A stretch of DNA of 56,781 bases from Candidatus Kaiserbacteria bacterium RIFOXYD1_FULL_47_14 (GTDB lineage Bacteria; Patescibacteriota; Minisyncoccia; Phycocordibacterales; Phycocordibacteraceae). Positions 7,734 to 15,803 of the stretch are shown here, in pieces; the first letter of the stretch is position 1, and every line of letters starts with the position of its first letter. The position numbers were made by a program, and so were the translations under genes. The stretch is taken from the NCBI GenBank assembly GCA_001781915.1, contig MFMU01000003.1:1188-57968 (forward strand), in the 5' to 3' direction. The notes under the pieces were generated by a model. That model was not told the DNA's origin. It searched no databases and was given only the letters and a program-made list of their open reading frames with translations.

Positions 7734-7755
7734 GCGCCACCCTTTCGAGTAGCGC
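7734..7755 (-). terminator. intrinsic terminator of 7757..8284
   Basis: Same hairpin plus T-tract as 2594..2615. Confidence 0.5.
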
Positions 7756-7756
7756 T

Positions 7757-8284
7757 TTATTTCATCATCCAAACCGCCCATTTATATCCCTGGAACCCAG
7801 CCCAGTAAATCCCGAGCCAAACTACCATGCTTATCAGGACTGACGGCAAGGTAATCCGGAGGAATGTTACCAGGTATCCTTCTTCTTTCTTACGAATGAG
7901 CAGTGTTACATAATCCGGATCGATGTAGAACCAGCTACCAATCCAGAAGATGAGTCGCTTGCTCATAAGAATTCGCCGTACCAACCGCTTGAACCACTGA
8001 TTTTTCAGAAGCACTGCATGTTCAAGTTGGCGGAATCCTTCTATTCCAATTGGATCCCACCCTTTCTTGATAGCTATATCATTACCAAGAACGACGAGGA
8101 TACAAGCGGCCAGATAGATTGGTGTAACAATGACAAACGCTTTTGTAATGCCATTGATTCCATGTTCTGGGTCCATTGTCAAGAACCAGATAATGAGAGC
8201 ATCGACAAAACGAGTCAAAATAGTAATAACTCTCTCCGAAAGAATGGCGTGTAGGAGAGAGGTGCTCGGCGCACGCTTTTCCAC
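7757..8284 (-). CDS. multi-pass membrane protein, unknown family
   Basis: 175 aa with several hydrophobic segments (ITILTRFVDALIIWFL, FVIVTPIYLAACILVVL, VLISMVVWLGIYWAGF). Lies upstream of rSAM-2 on the same strand. Confidence 0.6.
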   Translation of the reverse strand: MEKRAPSTSLLHAILSERVITILTRFVDALIIWFLTMDPEHGINGITKAFVIVTPIYLAACILVVLGNDIAIKKGWDPIGIEGFRQLEHAVLLKNQWFKRLVRRILMSKRLIFWIGSWFYIDPDYVTLLIRKKEEGYLVTFLRITLPSVLISMVVWLGIYWAGFQGYKWAVWMMK

Positions 8285-8417
8285 GAGGAAACCCTCCTAT
8301 AAACTGTGTTTACAAGGACACTTCTAAACCTAGAATTAACTAGGAGTTGAAAGAACTTTTAACCCGTTTACTATGCTAGCATATTGATGACAGTATGTCA
8401 ATACTCCAGTACAAGGT

Positions 8418-9506
8418 CTAATTACTGGCCCAAATGAAGGAATTTTTCTCTCCGAAGCTCGGTACGAGTACATCGTTTCTGTTGAAGTTCCCGAATATTT
8501 TTTTGAACTTATTCTCGATTATTTTCGCGGCGTCTATATATTTCGGGATTACGGCAGCAGCTCCTGCCTGCGCACTTATCCACCCATTCGGTTTTAATAT
8601 CTCCTTTGACAATCTGAAAATCTCTTCATAAAACTCGCCCATCTTGTTTTTAGCTCCTCGACTACCCATCGGATTATCGGTCAAATCGGAAATAATCCCA
8701 TCCACCTTTTCTCCATTTTTATTTGCATACATCTTTAGATAATTCATAGCATCTCCTATATTGAGAGTTACATTTGGATGAGAGAATACTTTTTGATTTA
8801 GATATTTTTTTGCGAAAAATACTACCTCGGCATCGAGATCAATTATGGTGATTTTCAAATCTGGATTTATTTTCAGCGCCATTTCTGCCACATATCCATC
8901 TCCCCCGCCGAGTATGATGATATTTCTGTCTGTTGGTTTGAGCGGAGCTAGAATTGCTTTGTCATATCGTTCATGATCAAATTCGGAAGTTTGTACTAAT
9001 CCGTCTATAACCAAGCTTTTCCCGAACTTCTTTAGGTCTGCGACAACAATATCTTGAAAAGCAGAATGTATCTCTGCCAATTTTTTTATGACTCTAGTTC
9101 GACTCGTCTCCCCTGTTCTATATATAGGGGATTCTAGATACTCTAGAATATTATATCCGCGTTTAATTTTCTGAATTTGCTTTTTTGTGGACTCAACCGC
9201 TTTCACCAGAAAGTCAGCAGCTTTAAGTGTATTCTCATCATCTGAACAACTGAAAACATCGCAAGCGACATAATTATATTCAGGCCAACTATGAATTGAT
9301 ATGTGAGAAGTTGAAAGAAGTAAAAATCCTGTTATGCCCTGCGGTTTAAATTCATGGAAATGAGTGTGGAGTATCTCCATACTGGCGGCTTGAGCCGCTC
9401 CGATTAAAGTATCATTCCAAAACTTTTTTGAGTTTATCTGATGAGGATCGCAACCTGACAAATCAATTAAAATATGCAATCCTTTTGTCTTTCTTAAATG
9501 ACTCAT
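8418..9506 (-). CDS. fusion of S-adenosylmethionine decarboxylase (SpeH/SpeD-type, pyruvoyl) and spermidine synthase (SpeE-like)
   Basis: N-terminal HEFKPQGITGFLLLSTSHISIHSWPE..CDVFSC matches the small bacterial AdoMetDC processing region. C-terminal IILGGGDGYVAEMALK, IIDLDAEVV and ISDLTD match the aminopropyltransferase fold. Confidence 0.8.
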   Translation of the reverse strand: MSHLRKTKGLHILIDLSGCDPHQINSKKFWNDTLIGAAQAASMEILHTHFHEFKPQGITGFLLLSTSHISIHSWPEYNYVACDVFSCSDDENTLKAADFLVKAVESTKKQIQKIKRGYNILEYLESPIYRTGETSRTRVIKKLAEIHSAFQDIVVADLKKFGKSLVIDGLVQTSEFDHERYDKAILAPLKPTDRNIIILGGGDGYVAEMALKINPDLKITIIDLDAEVVFFAKKYLNQKVFSHPNVTLNIGDAMNYLKMYANKNGEKVDGIISDLTDNPMGSRGAKNKMGEFYEEIFRLSKEILKPNGWISAQAGAAAVIPKYIDAAKIIENKFKKIFGNFNRNDVLVPSFGEKNSFIWASN

Positions 9507-9931
9507 AAAATGGGCTTGGTGCTGGTAGCTATTGGTTTTATTACTTCTACTTGAAAATCTTTAGGATTTGTACAGGACTCATTATCTTGTATCGTATCTT
9601 CTGAACAAAATATAATTTTGCATCCTTTTTCATCAGAGTTGCAAATGAGCGGTTTGCATTCTTCTAGAGCTCCGTTACAAACTGAGATGTTAGAGGCCTT
9701 TTTTATTATTTTTGCATAATAATCTGTTCCGCATTCCCCCGCATCGCAGGATACAAAACAACTTTCCGTCTGAGGGTCGCATTCAGTAGTGCTATTTACG
9801 ATAAAATCACGCTCTATAAAAAAGACCTGATAGTCCCAATATGCCGCAACAGCAAAGATACCTATAAAACCAAAAATAAGATATTTAGATTTCTTGTCCA
9901 TATGCATATTATAACCTATTTGTGAAGACAC
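9503..9931 (-). CDS. membrane-anchored Cys-rich protein, unknown function
   Basis: N-terminal TM (YLIFGFIGIFAVAAYW) followed by ~13 Cys. Its stop overlaps the start of 8418..9506 (ATGA). The true start may be an internal Met. Confidence 0.5.
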   Translation of the reverse strand: MSSQIGYNMHMDKKSKYLIFGFIGIFAVAAYWDYQVFFIERDFIVNSTTECDPQTESCFVSCDAGECGTDYYAKIIKKASNISVCNGALEECKPLICNSDEKGCKIIFCSEDTIQDNESCTNPKDFQVEVIKPIATSTKPIL

Positions 9932-10044
9932 TAACTTAAACTAAGTTTTGATCCTGTATTCGACCCTTCATACCACCTGTATCTACTATAGCACACCTCT
10001 CCAAAAATTGCAAGCCCTACGCGAAATGCCTTTGGGTTTGATTC

Positions 10045-10120
10045 TGGAGCCGTCGGACAGGATTGAACTGTCGACCTCGTGCTTACCATGCACGTGCTCT
10101 ACCAACTGAGCTACAACGGC
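10045..10120 (-). tRNA. tRNA-Thr (anticodon GGT), CCA encoded
   Basis: The reverse complement GCCGTTGTAGCTCAGTTGGTAGAGCACGTGCATGGTAAGCACGAGGTCGACAGTTCAATCCTGTCCGACGGCTCCA folds as a cloverleaf. Anticodon loop is A-T-GGT-A-A. Confidence 0.9.
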
Positions 10121-10171
10121 AATTTCTTATCGCACTTCTGCATACTAGCGAACTTTCTCCTTTCTTTCAAT

Positions 10172-10504
10172 TTACGAATACAACAAAATACCGACGACAA
10201 CGACACTGTTAAAGAGAATCATAAACGCATTTGCGAATAATATATGGATGTCTTTATGGAGTAAGCCATATATCGTCCACAGTATGTTGAGCAGAATAAA
10301 GAGAGACCAAGTAAGCAGCGAGAGGCCTGCGCTATTTTTTGTTGTATAGATTTCCAGAATCTGCGGCAGGAGTACGATCGGAGCGAAGATGCCGACGCCA
10401 TACATAAGATAATCAAAATAGCGCTTCCAGATGCCAACAGCAGGAAAGGGCTCGAGACCTTTCATAATACGCGCACGCTTGCGCAGATGATGAAAACCAA
10501 GCAT
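10172..10504 (-). CDS. PQ-loop / SemiSWEET-like 3-TM transporter
   Basis: 110 aa with three hydrophobic helices and a PQ motif (VLLPQILEIYTTKNSAGLSLLTW). Confidence 0.6.
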   Translation of the reverse strand: MLGFHHLRKRARIMKGLEPFPAVGIWKRYFDYLMYGVGIFAPIVLLPQILEIYTTKNSAGLSLLTWSLFILLNILWTIYGLLHKDIHILFANAFMILFNSVVVVGILLYS

Positions 10505-10518
10505 GCTATAGTTATAGC

Positions 10519-10872
10519 ATGGAAGGTCTCACTAATTATGAAAATGAGGAGCGTCCGTGGGGAAAATTCGAACGCTTTACGCTGAATGAACAGACGACGG
10601 TAAAAATAATGACGCTTACTGCCGGCGAAGAATTAAGTTTGCAGACCCACGAGCATCGCGACGAATTCGGGCGCGTTCTTAAGGGTTTCGGCACAGTCAG
10701 CATCGGAGATAAGGAAACTGAAGTGCGCGATGGCGACGCGTTTTTCATTCCACGGAATACTGCGCATCGCGCGATCGCTGATTCCGCAGGGCTCGTCTAT
10801 CTCGAAATAGCATTCGGCGACTTTGACGAAAATGACATAACGCGTCTCGAGGATAAGTACGAGCGCGTGTAA
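10519..10872 (+). CDS. cupin-domain protein (mannose-6-phosphate isomerase type II-like)
   Basis: RPWGKFERF...LSLQTHEHRDEFGRVLKG...FIPRNTAHR, the cupin His/Glu metal motifs. Confidence 0.7.
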   Translation: MEGLTNYENEERPWGKFERFTLNEQTTVKIMTLTAGEELSLQTHEHRDEFGRVLKGFGTVSIGDKETEVRDGDAFFIPRNTAHRAIADSAGLVYLEIAFGDFDENDITRLEDKYERV

Positions 10873-10896
10873 GAAATAAATAGGAAATAAAAAAAC

Positions 10897-10918
10897 CCCG
10901 CGCTTATGAAAGCGCGGG
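10897..10918. terminator. bidirectional terminator
   Basis: CCCGCGCTT-atga-AAGCGCGGG with an A-run before it, between convergent genes. Confidence 0.7.
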
Positions 10919-10942
10919 ATCATCGAAAAGAGGACAGAAAAT

Positions 10943-11443
10943 TCAGACCTCGCGAACGGCGAGAAAATCTGTGAAAACAGCCCATTCGCGTTCCCATGAT
11001 GAGATGCCGAGATTCCAGAAGGAAACGCATTCGCCCATACAGGGAACAAAGCGTTCCCATCCGATAACGGCGATCGACCCGAGGCTGACCACACAGCGTT
11101 TGCTGTGGCATCCTTCCGGTTTGAAAGTTCCGAGAGCGAACATATGCTCGACCTCGGCAGGTCGCCACGGCACTCCCCCATTCACACGCTCAATTCCTTT
11201 GAGCGCTATGGTTGACGACATTGGGAAACGCCATTTAAAATACCTACCCTCGAAACAAATGATCCCGTTCCTTCCCTTTCTGTTGATCGGGAAATGTTCC
11301 TCCGTAATACGCTCGTTCTGAAACAGAACATACTGACTGGAGGATTTCATCATCTCGAACGACTTACTGTAGTCGACCGAGAAATGGAAAATTTCGGGAG
11401 CAGCAACTTTCCTGACCTGCGGCATTTCCGTTGTCTCTCTCAT
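10943..11443 (-). CDS. hypothetical protein
   Basis: The 166-aa ORF is the only one here that does not overlap the cupin gene. No recognised motif. Confidence 0.45.
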   Translation of the reverse strand: MRETTEMPQVRKVAAPEIFHFSVDYSKSFEMMKSSSQYVLFQNERITEEHFPINRKGRNGIICFEGRYFKWRFPMSSTIALKGIERVNGGVPWRPAEVEHMFALGTFKPEGCHSKRCVVSLGSIAVIGWERFVPCMGECVSFWNLGISSWEREWAVFTDFLAVREV

Positions 11444-11550
11444 CCGAGACCTCTCTTCTTTTGTTTTTTCAATAACCGCACATAACTTTTATGCGCGGGG
11501 TACAAATTTTCTGATTTCTATCATACACGACACACTTTATTTGTCAAATG

Positions 11551-11625
11551 CGCGGTCGATGGGATTTGAACCCACGTTCTTCGCCGTGACAGGGCGACGC
11601 TTTTGACCAGCTAAGCTACGACCGC
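11551..11625 (-). tRNA. tRNA-Asp (anticodon GTC)
   Basis: GCGGTCGTAGCTTAGCTGGTCAAAAGCGTCGCCCTGTCACGGCGAAGAACGTGGGTTCAAATCCCATCGACCGCG. Anticodon loop C-T-GTC-A-C. No CCA encoded. Confidence 0.9.
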
Positions 11626-12296
11626 ATTTTCGCAAATTCTCTAAATCTCTTCCTCTTCTTTTCAAGAAAAAGACCTTCGGGAACAGGAACCTTATGATTA
11701 TACATAAAATCACCAAGTTTCAAAGAATTATTGACGCTGTAGGTGAGACGATAATAGTTCCCTTTTCCTTTTGAGAGAACTCCTTTGTGTATATTAAACA
11801 TCTCCAATTGTTCTCGTATCGCACTTAAAAATTCATAAGAACATGAGGTGAATACCGTTCGAATGGTGAACAATCTTGATTTTCTATCTTTGTGCACATA
11901 CCCGAGCCAAACATTCCCATCTCCATCAAAATAACCCCTTACAAAATGCGAAAAATACTTTTTTGGAACATGAGGAATTACAAGACTCTTCGTTTTATTG
12001 GGCGTAAATCCTAAGTGGAGAAGATCATTGCACATTTCTTTGCTTCCTATTTGCAAACGATACATTGTTTGTTCATTTATTTTTCTTCTGCTCCTCACAC
12101 TTATTTTGTGCTCGGACTGGATAGCTTTTTTGATTCCTTCAAGAATATTTTTATCCGTTATTTGAATGTTCCAAAAATGGGCGCCTCTTTTATTGAGAGT
12201 CATATACCCATCTGCTGCAAAAAATCCAAGAATATAGGCCATTTCAGAAGTCCATTTCTTGAAGAAATCTTTATTTATCGCGCGATACATCGGCAT
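11616..12296 (-). CDS. LAGLIDADG homing endonuclease (two-motif, free-standing)
   Basis: Two LAGLIDADG motifs: YILGFFAADGY and FVRGYFDGDGNV. Its last 10 nt overlap the 5' end of tRNA-Asp. Confidence 0.85.
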   Translation of the reverse strand: MPMYRAINKDFFKKWTSEMAYILGFFAADGYMTLNKRGAHFWNIQITDKNILEGIKKAIQSEHKISVRSRRKINEQTMYRLQIGSKEMCNDLLHLGFTPNKTKSLVIPHVPKKYFSHFVRGYFDGDGNVWLGYVHKDRKSRLFTIRTVFTSCSYEFLSAIREQLEMFNIHKGVLSKGKGNYYRLTYSVNNSLKLGDFMYNHKVPVPEGLFLEKKRKRFREFAKMRS

Positions 12297-12372
12297 ACTA
12301 ATAGTATACCTCGTGACAGTGCATTATATTAACCAACTTATACACAGAAAAAAGTTGGAAGAAAGTGAGTTG

Positions 12373-12446
12373 TGCTGGCGGAAGGACTTGCACCTTCGAC
12401 CTTGGGTTTATGAGTCCCATGCTCTAACTACCTGAGCTACGCCAGC
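12373..12446 (-). tRNA. tRNA with CAT anticodon (Met, or Ile2 if lysidinylated); atypical T-loop
   Basis: GCTGGCGTAGCTCAGGTAGTTAGAGCATGGGACTCATAAACCCAAGGTCGAAGGTGCAAGTCCTTCCGCCAGCA. G1-C72, so it is not an initiator. The T-loop reads TGCAAGT (G at position 55). Confidence 0.75.
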
Positions 12447-12449
12447 AGT

Positions 12450-12478
12450 GCCCTTCGAAGCTTTACGCGAAGTAGGGC
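12450..12478 (-). repeat. conserved hairpin immediately 5' of tRNA-CAT (paralog at 27464..27492)
   Basis: Minus strand GCCCTACTTCGCGTAAAGCTTCGAAGGGC. Near-identical to GCCCTTCTGCGCGTAAAGCTTCGAAGGGC, which lies 3 nt upstream of tRNA-Leu(TAG). Confidence 0.7.
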
Positions 12479-12504
12479 AATACAAAAACACTACCACAAA
12501 CGCG

Positions 12505-14289
12505 CTAATTCGTGCGAATAAATCCGCCTGCCTGAATCTCCCAGAGTTTCTTATAGAGATTGCTCTCGTGCGCGAGCAGTTCCTCGTGCGTACCCGAGAG
12601 AACGACCGAACCCTTCTCCATCACAATGAGTCGGTCCATATGCATCACCGTCGAGAGACGGTGTGCAATAGCGATGACCGTCTTCCCTTCCATAAGTCGC
12701 GCGAGCGATTCCTGGATGAATTGTTCAGATTCAGAATCAAGCGAGGAGGTCGCTTCGTCCAAGACGAGTATCGGTGCATCTTTTAGAATGGCGCGCGCAA
12801 TCGCCACCCTCTGGCGTTCGCCACCCGAGAGCTTCACTCCGCGTTCGCCGACCATTGTAGAGAATCCCTCTGGATACTTACTGATGAATTCATAGCAGTG
12901 CGCCTGTTTCGCCGCTTCGATAACTTCTTCATCAGTCGCATCGTTCTTGCCGTAACGGATATTATCGAGGAGCGAACGATGGAAGAGCATCGGCTCTTGC
13001 GAGACGAATGCAATCGAAGCACGCAAGCTCTCCTGGGTTACTTGAGCGATATTCTGACCGTCAATCGTAATGGCGCCTCCAGTAACATCATAAAGACGGA
13101 GCAAGAGCTTCGCTATGGTCGTCTTTCCTGCTCCTGAAGAGCCGATGAGCGCCACTTTCTCGTGCGGTGCGACCGCGAGCGTGAAGTTATTGAGAACTGC
13201 TTGGCTGTCGTGATATTCGAATCGTACATTCTCGAAAATAATCGCGCCTTCGGTTACGCGAAGTTTTTTTGCATCTGGCGCGTCTTGAATCGCCTGCGGT
13301 AATTCGAGAATATCGAGCATCTCGGTCGCATCGGCAAAGGCGTCATAGAGCTGGCGCATATTACGGCCGATGCCCCAAATGCGGTCCATAAGGCCGAGAA
13401 TATAGACCTGAATAAGCACGAAATCACCAACCGTCACGAGACCGCGTTGCCAGAGCAGTACCGCGCCAGCGAGAAGCGCCAGTTCTATACCAAGAGCAAA
13501 AAGCCCTTGTACGCCATAGATCCATATTTCAACATCCCATACGCGCCGCGTTGCATCGTACCAACGAGTGATTGTTTCTTTAAATCGAGAATTCTCATAT
13601 TGAACGGCAGCGAAGGTGGTTATCGCTGAATGATTCAGCACGGTATCAGAAAGATATCCGGTTACATTGCTGTCTTCTTCGGTACGCGTTGCGCGCAATG
13701 GCTGAAGCGCATGCATCATCCTGAATTGCAGATAGACAAACGCCACCGTCCATACGAGAAGTCCTGCACCGAGCAGTATGCTGCGCGTCGACAAAACGCC
13801 GATAATACCGATGGCGAAGAGGAATGCTGAAAAGAAATTGAAAAGAATGTTATCAAACACCTGTTCAAAGGAGCGCGCGTAGCGCGTCACACGGCGCGTG
13901 AGCGTGCCGGTAAAATTGGAAATGAAAAATTCGTGTGCGTGGCCGAGCAGATAGGTAAAAGCATTCTGATACAGATCAGTCATCACTCTTGATTCAAGCC
14001 GAAGCACGCCGAACATCATGACTCGACGGCCAATCCAAGCCACGAAATGTATCACCGCATACATCGCGAGAACAAAAAAGAGCGCCTGCACGACAACAGA
14101 AGTTGGCGTGCCTCCCGAAAGAATATTGATGAACTGACGCAAGTAGAGCGGCGAAATAACTCCCGCCACTTCAATAAGTATTCCTGCGGCAATTGAACTG
14201 CCCAAGAGCCATGGATACGCGAAAGCCGCCGTGCCATACGCACGGAGCACCGGTAACACCCGCGTTGGTTTCTTCTGAATCGGAGGCAT
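12505..14289 (-). CDS. ABC transporter, fused permease/ATPase (MsbA-like exporter)
   Basis: Six-TM N-terminal half. Walker A GSSGAGKTT, signature LSGGERQR, Walker B ILVLDEATS. Confidence 0.9.
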   Translation of the reverse strand: MPPIQKKPTRVLPVLRAYGTAAFAYPWLLGSSIAAGILIEVAGVISPLYLRQFINILSGGTPTSVVVQALFFVLAMYAVIHFVAWIGRRVMMFGVLRLESRVMTDLYQNAFTYLLGHAHEFFISNFTGTLTRRVTRYARSFEQVFDNILFNFFSAFLFAIGIIGVLSTRSILLGAGLLVWTVAFVYLQFRMMHALQPLRATRTEEDSNVTGYLSDTVLNHSAITTFAAVQYENSRFKETITRWYDATRRVWDVEIWIYGVQGLFALGIELALLAGAVLLWQRGLVTVGDFVLIQVYILGLMDRIWGIGRNMRQLYDAFADATEMLDILELPQAIQDAPDAKKLRVTEGAIIFENVRFEYHDSQAVLNNFTLAVAPHEKVALIGSSGAGKTTIAKLLLRLYDVTGGAITIDGQNIAQVTQESLRASIAFVSQEPMLFHRSLLDNIRYGKNDATDEEVIEAAKQAHCYEFISKYPEGFSTMVGERGVKLSGGERQRVAIARAILKDAPILVLDEATSSLDSESEQFIQESLARLMEGKTVIAIAHRLSTVMHMDRLIVMEKGSVVLSGTHEELLAHESNLYKKLWEIQAGGFIRTN

Positions 14290-14307
14290 GCGAATTATTA
14301 TACCACT

Positions 14308-14619
14308 TTATGCTGTCTGCGACAATTGGAGAATACTATTAAAATCGTCATCTTTCGAGGTTTTGTTTTTCCTCTCAAAACCGCACGCGACACAGCGATG
14401 GAGGATGGTATATTCCCCGCCGTCGAATTCAACGCCGACTGGTTCCATCGCGCCGCCGCAGACGGCGGCGCGATCGCCCGGATTCACATCAACATGCTTG
14501 CTCCAGAGGCATTTCGGGCAATGGTTAGTGTAGCCATTCCCCAGCACGAAGAACCCGCACCGCTCGCAGGTAAAGTCCTCGCTCGTTCTTTGGAATTTCT
14601 TTGTCGGGGCCATATCCAC
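14308..14619 (-). CDS. RNHCP-domain zinc-ribbon protein
   Basis: FTCERCG...YTNHCPKCLWSKHVD...CGG.MEP...HRCVACG matches the RNHCP-domain pattern as I recall it. Confidence 0.6.
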   Translation of the reverse strand: MDMAPTKKFQRTSEDFTCERCGFFVLGNGYTNHCPKCLWSKHVDVNPGDRAAVCGGAMEPVGVEFDGGEYTILHRCVACGFERKNKTSKDDDFNSILQLSQTA

Positions 14620-14674
14620 AGTGTCTCATTATGTTGACTTTCTAGTCATGGGGGTATAAGATTCATCTGTATTT

Positions 14675-15208
14675 CTATCGAAGAGTACCTCCGTGGGTTC
14701 CGTCCCTCGGCGGTGCTTTTCTTTTATACTCAAGCTTTGTTCGCAAATTGTCCATAAAACGGATCTTCTCCCGTGATGTTTGTCGCAAAAGGAACGAGCA
14801 ATTTTCGTAATCTGGACTCAACACTGTTTCTAGTTTTCCACTGTTATAGAGATGCTGTGCCAGGGAATAGAAATCCCCATCGCTTGAAACGATAATTGCG
14901 CGGTCGTATTCACTTATTTCAAGAACGGCGCGTAGAACGAGATCGGCATCAACATTCCCTTTTATCTTGCCATCACCATCAGGAATCACTGACTTGAAGA
15001 CGAGAACAAATCCTGCTTCTTGCAGGTTGTCGTATAATTTCTGGTTCAACGGCGAGAAGCCGATAAACATATATGCCTTTTGAACGCCATACTTCTCCGC
15101 GAGATAGACGCGGAATTTCCTGTAGTCCAACTTCCAACCCAGCTTCTGGATGCCGAGATTTAGGTTTTGACTGTCTATAAACGCGTAATTATTTTCTTTC
15201 TTTTTCAT
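14675..15208 (-). CDS. NYN-domain (LabA/DUF88-like) protein
   Basis: AFIDSQNL...NVDADLVL...IVSSDGDF, the acidic residues typical of NYN/PIN-like nucleases. Confidence 0.65.
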   Translation of the reverse strand: MKKKENNYAFIDSQNLNLGIQKLGWKLDYRKFRVYLAEKYGVQKAYMFIGFSPLNQKLYDNLQEAGFVLVFKSVIPDGDGKIKGNVDADLVLRAVLEISEYDRAIIVSSDGDFYSLAQHLYNSGKLETVLSPDYENCSFLLRQTSREKIRFMDNLRTKLEYKRKAPPRDGTHGGTLR

Positions 15209-15300
15209 ACTTTTTCATACTTTCTTCGATGTCTATTCTACCTTAAAATCTTCATTGAATTTTTTGTTGAGGCCATCTCTTTAGCTAGTATACAAAACAA

Positions 15301-15349
15301 CCCCGCACACTGAAGTGCGGGGCGTTCCGTAAGATGACATCTTACGGAA
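15301..15349 (-). terminator. twin hairpins downstream of 15355..15696
   Basis: TTCCGTAAGATG-a-CATCTTACGGAA (12-bp arms), then CCCCGCAC-actgaa-GTGCGGGG followed on the minus strand by TTGTTTTGT. Confidence 0.6.
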
Positions 15350-15354
15350 AATAA

Positions 15355-15696
15355 TTAGCTGCAATAAACAGCACCCAGAGTACCGACCTTCCCGCCATGC
15401 GCGGGATAAGCTTCAATGTGCCAGCCGTCGCAATCAGCGTACCGGGTCGCCTGCACGATCCAGCGGAAACCCTCTTTGTCGGGAATAACCTGGGAAACTC
15501 GCATTCTGAAAGCTTCTGTTCGCCATGTGCGGGCAAGCAATTGAAAAAAGTTACCGAGTTCGAGTTCAACTCTTGGTTCACCTTCTCCGATTTCATCGAA
15601 AAAGTTCTTTTTGAAAAAGTCACCCAGATACTCGATGGGTACATCGAACTTTTCCTTAAGGAACAGCAAGAACTTTTTCTCTTGTTCTTTGTTCAT
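15355..15696 (-). CDS. hypothetical protein
   Basis: 113-aa ORF with a terminator downstream. No recognised motif. Confidence 0.5.
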   Translation of the reverse strand: MNKEQEKKFLLFLKEKFDVPIEYLGDFFKKNFFDEIGEGEPRVELELGNFFQLLARTWRTEAFRMRVSQVIPDKEGFRWIVQATRYADCDGWHIEAYPAHGGKVGTLGAVYCS

Positions 15697-15803
15697 GACT
15701 GACTTCCTTCAAATTAAAGATCATGTTAGACAGTTTTCTTTTTCTAATATACCAAATGATACTGTCCTGTCAACCGCTGAAATTTCTTTGATATACTGAA
15801 TCT

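Noticed and set aside
10633-11321. ORFs 10633..11181(-), 10920..11168(-) and 10971..11321(+)
   Set aside because: They overlap the well-supported cupin gene, the terminator and the 166-aa ORF. Only one non-overlapping ORF was retained, itself at low confidence.
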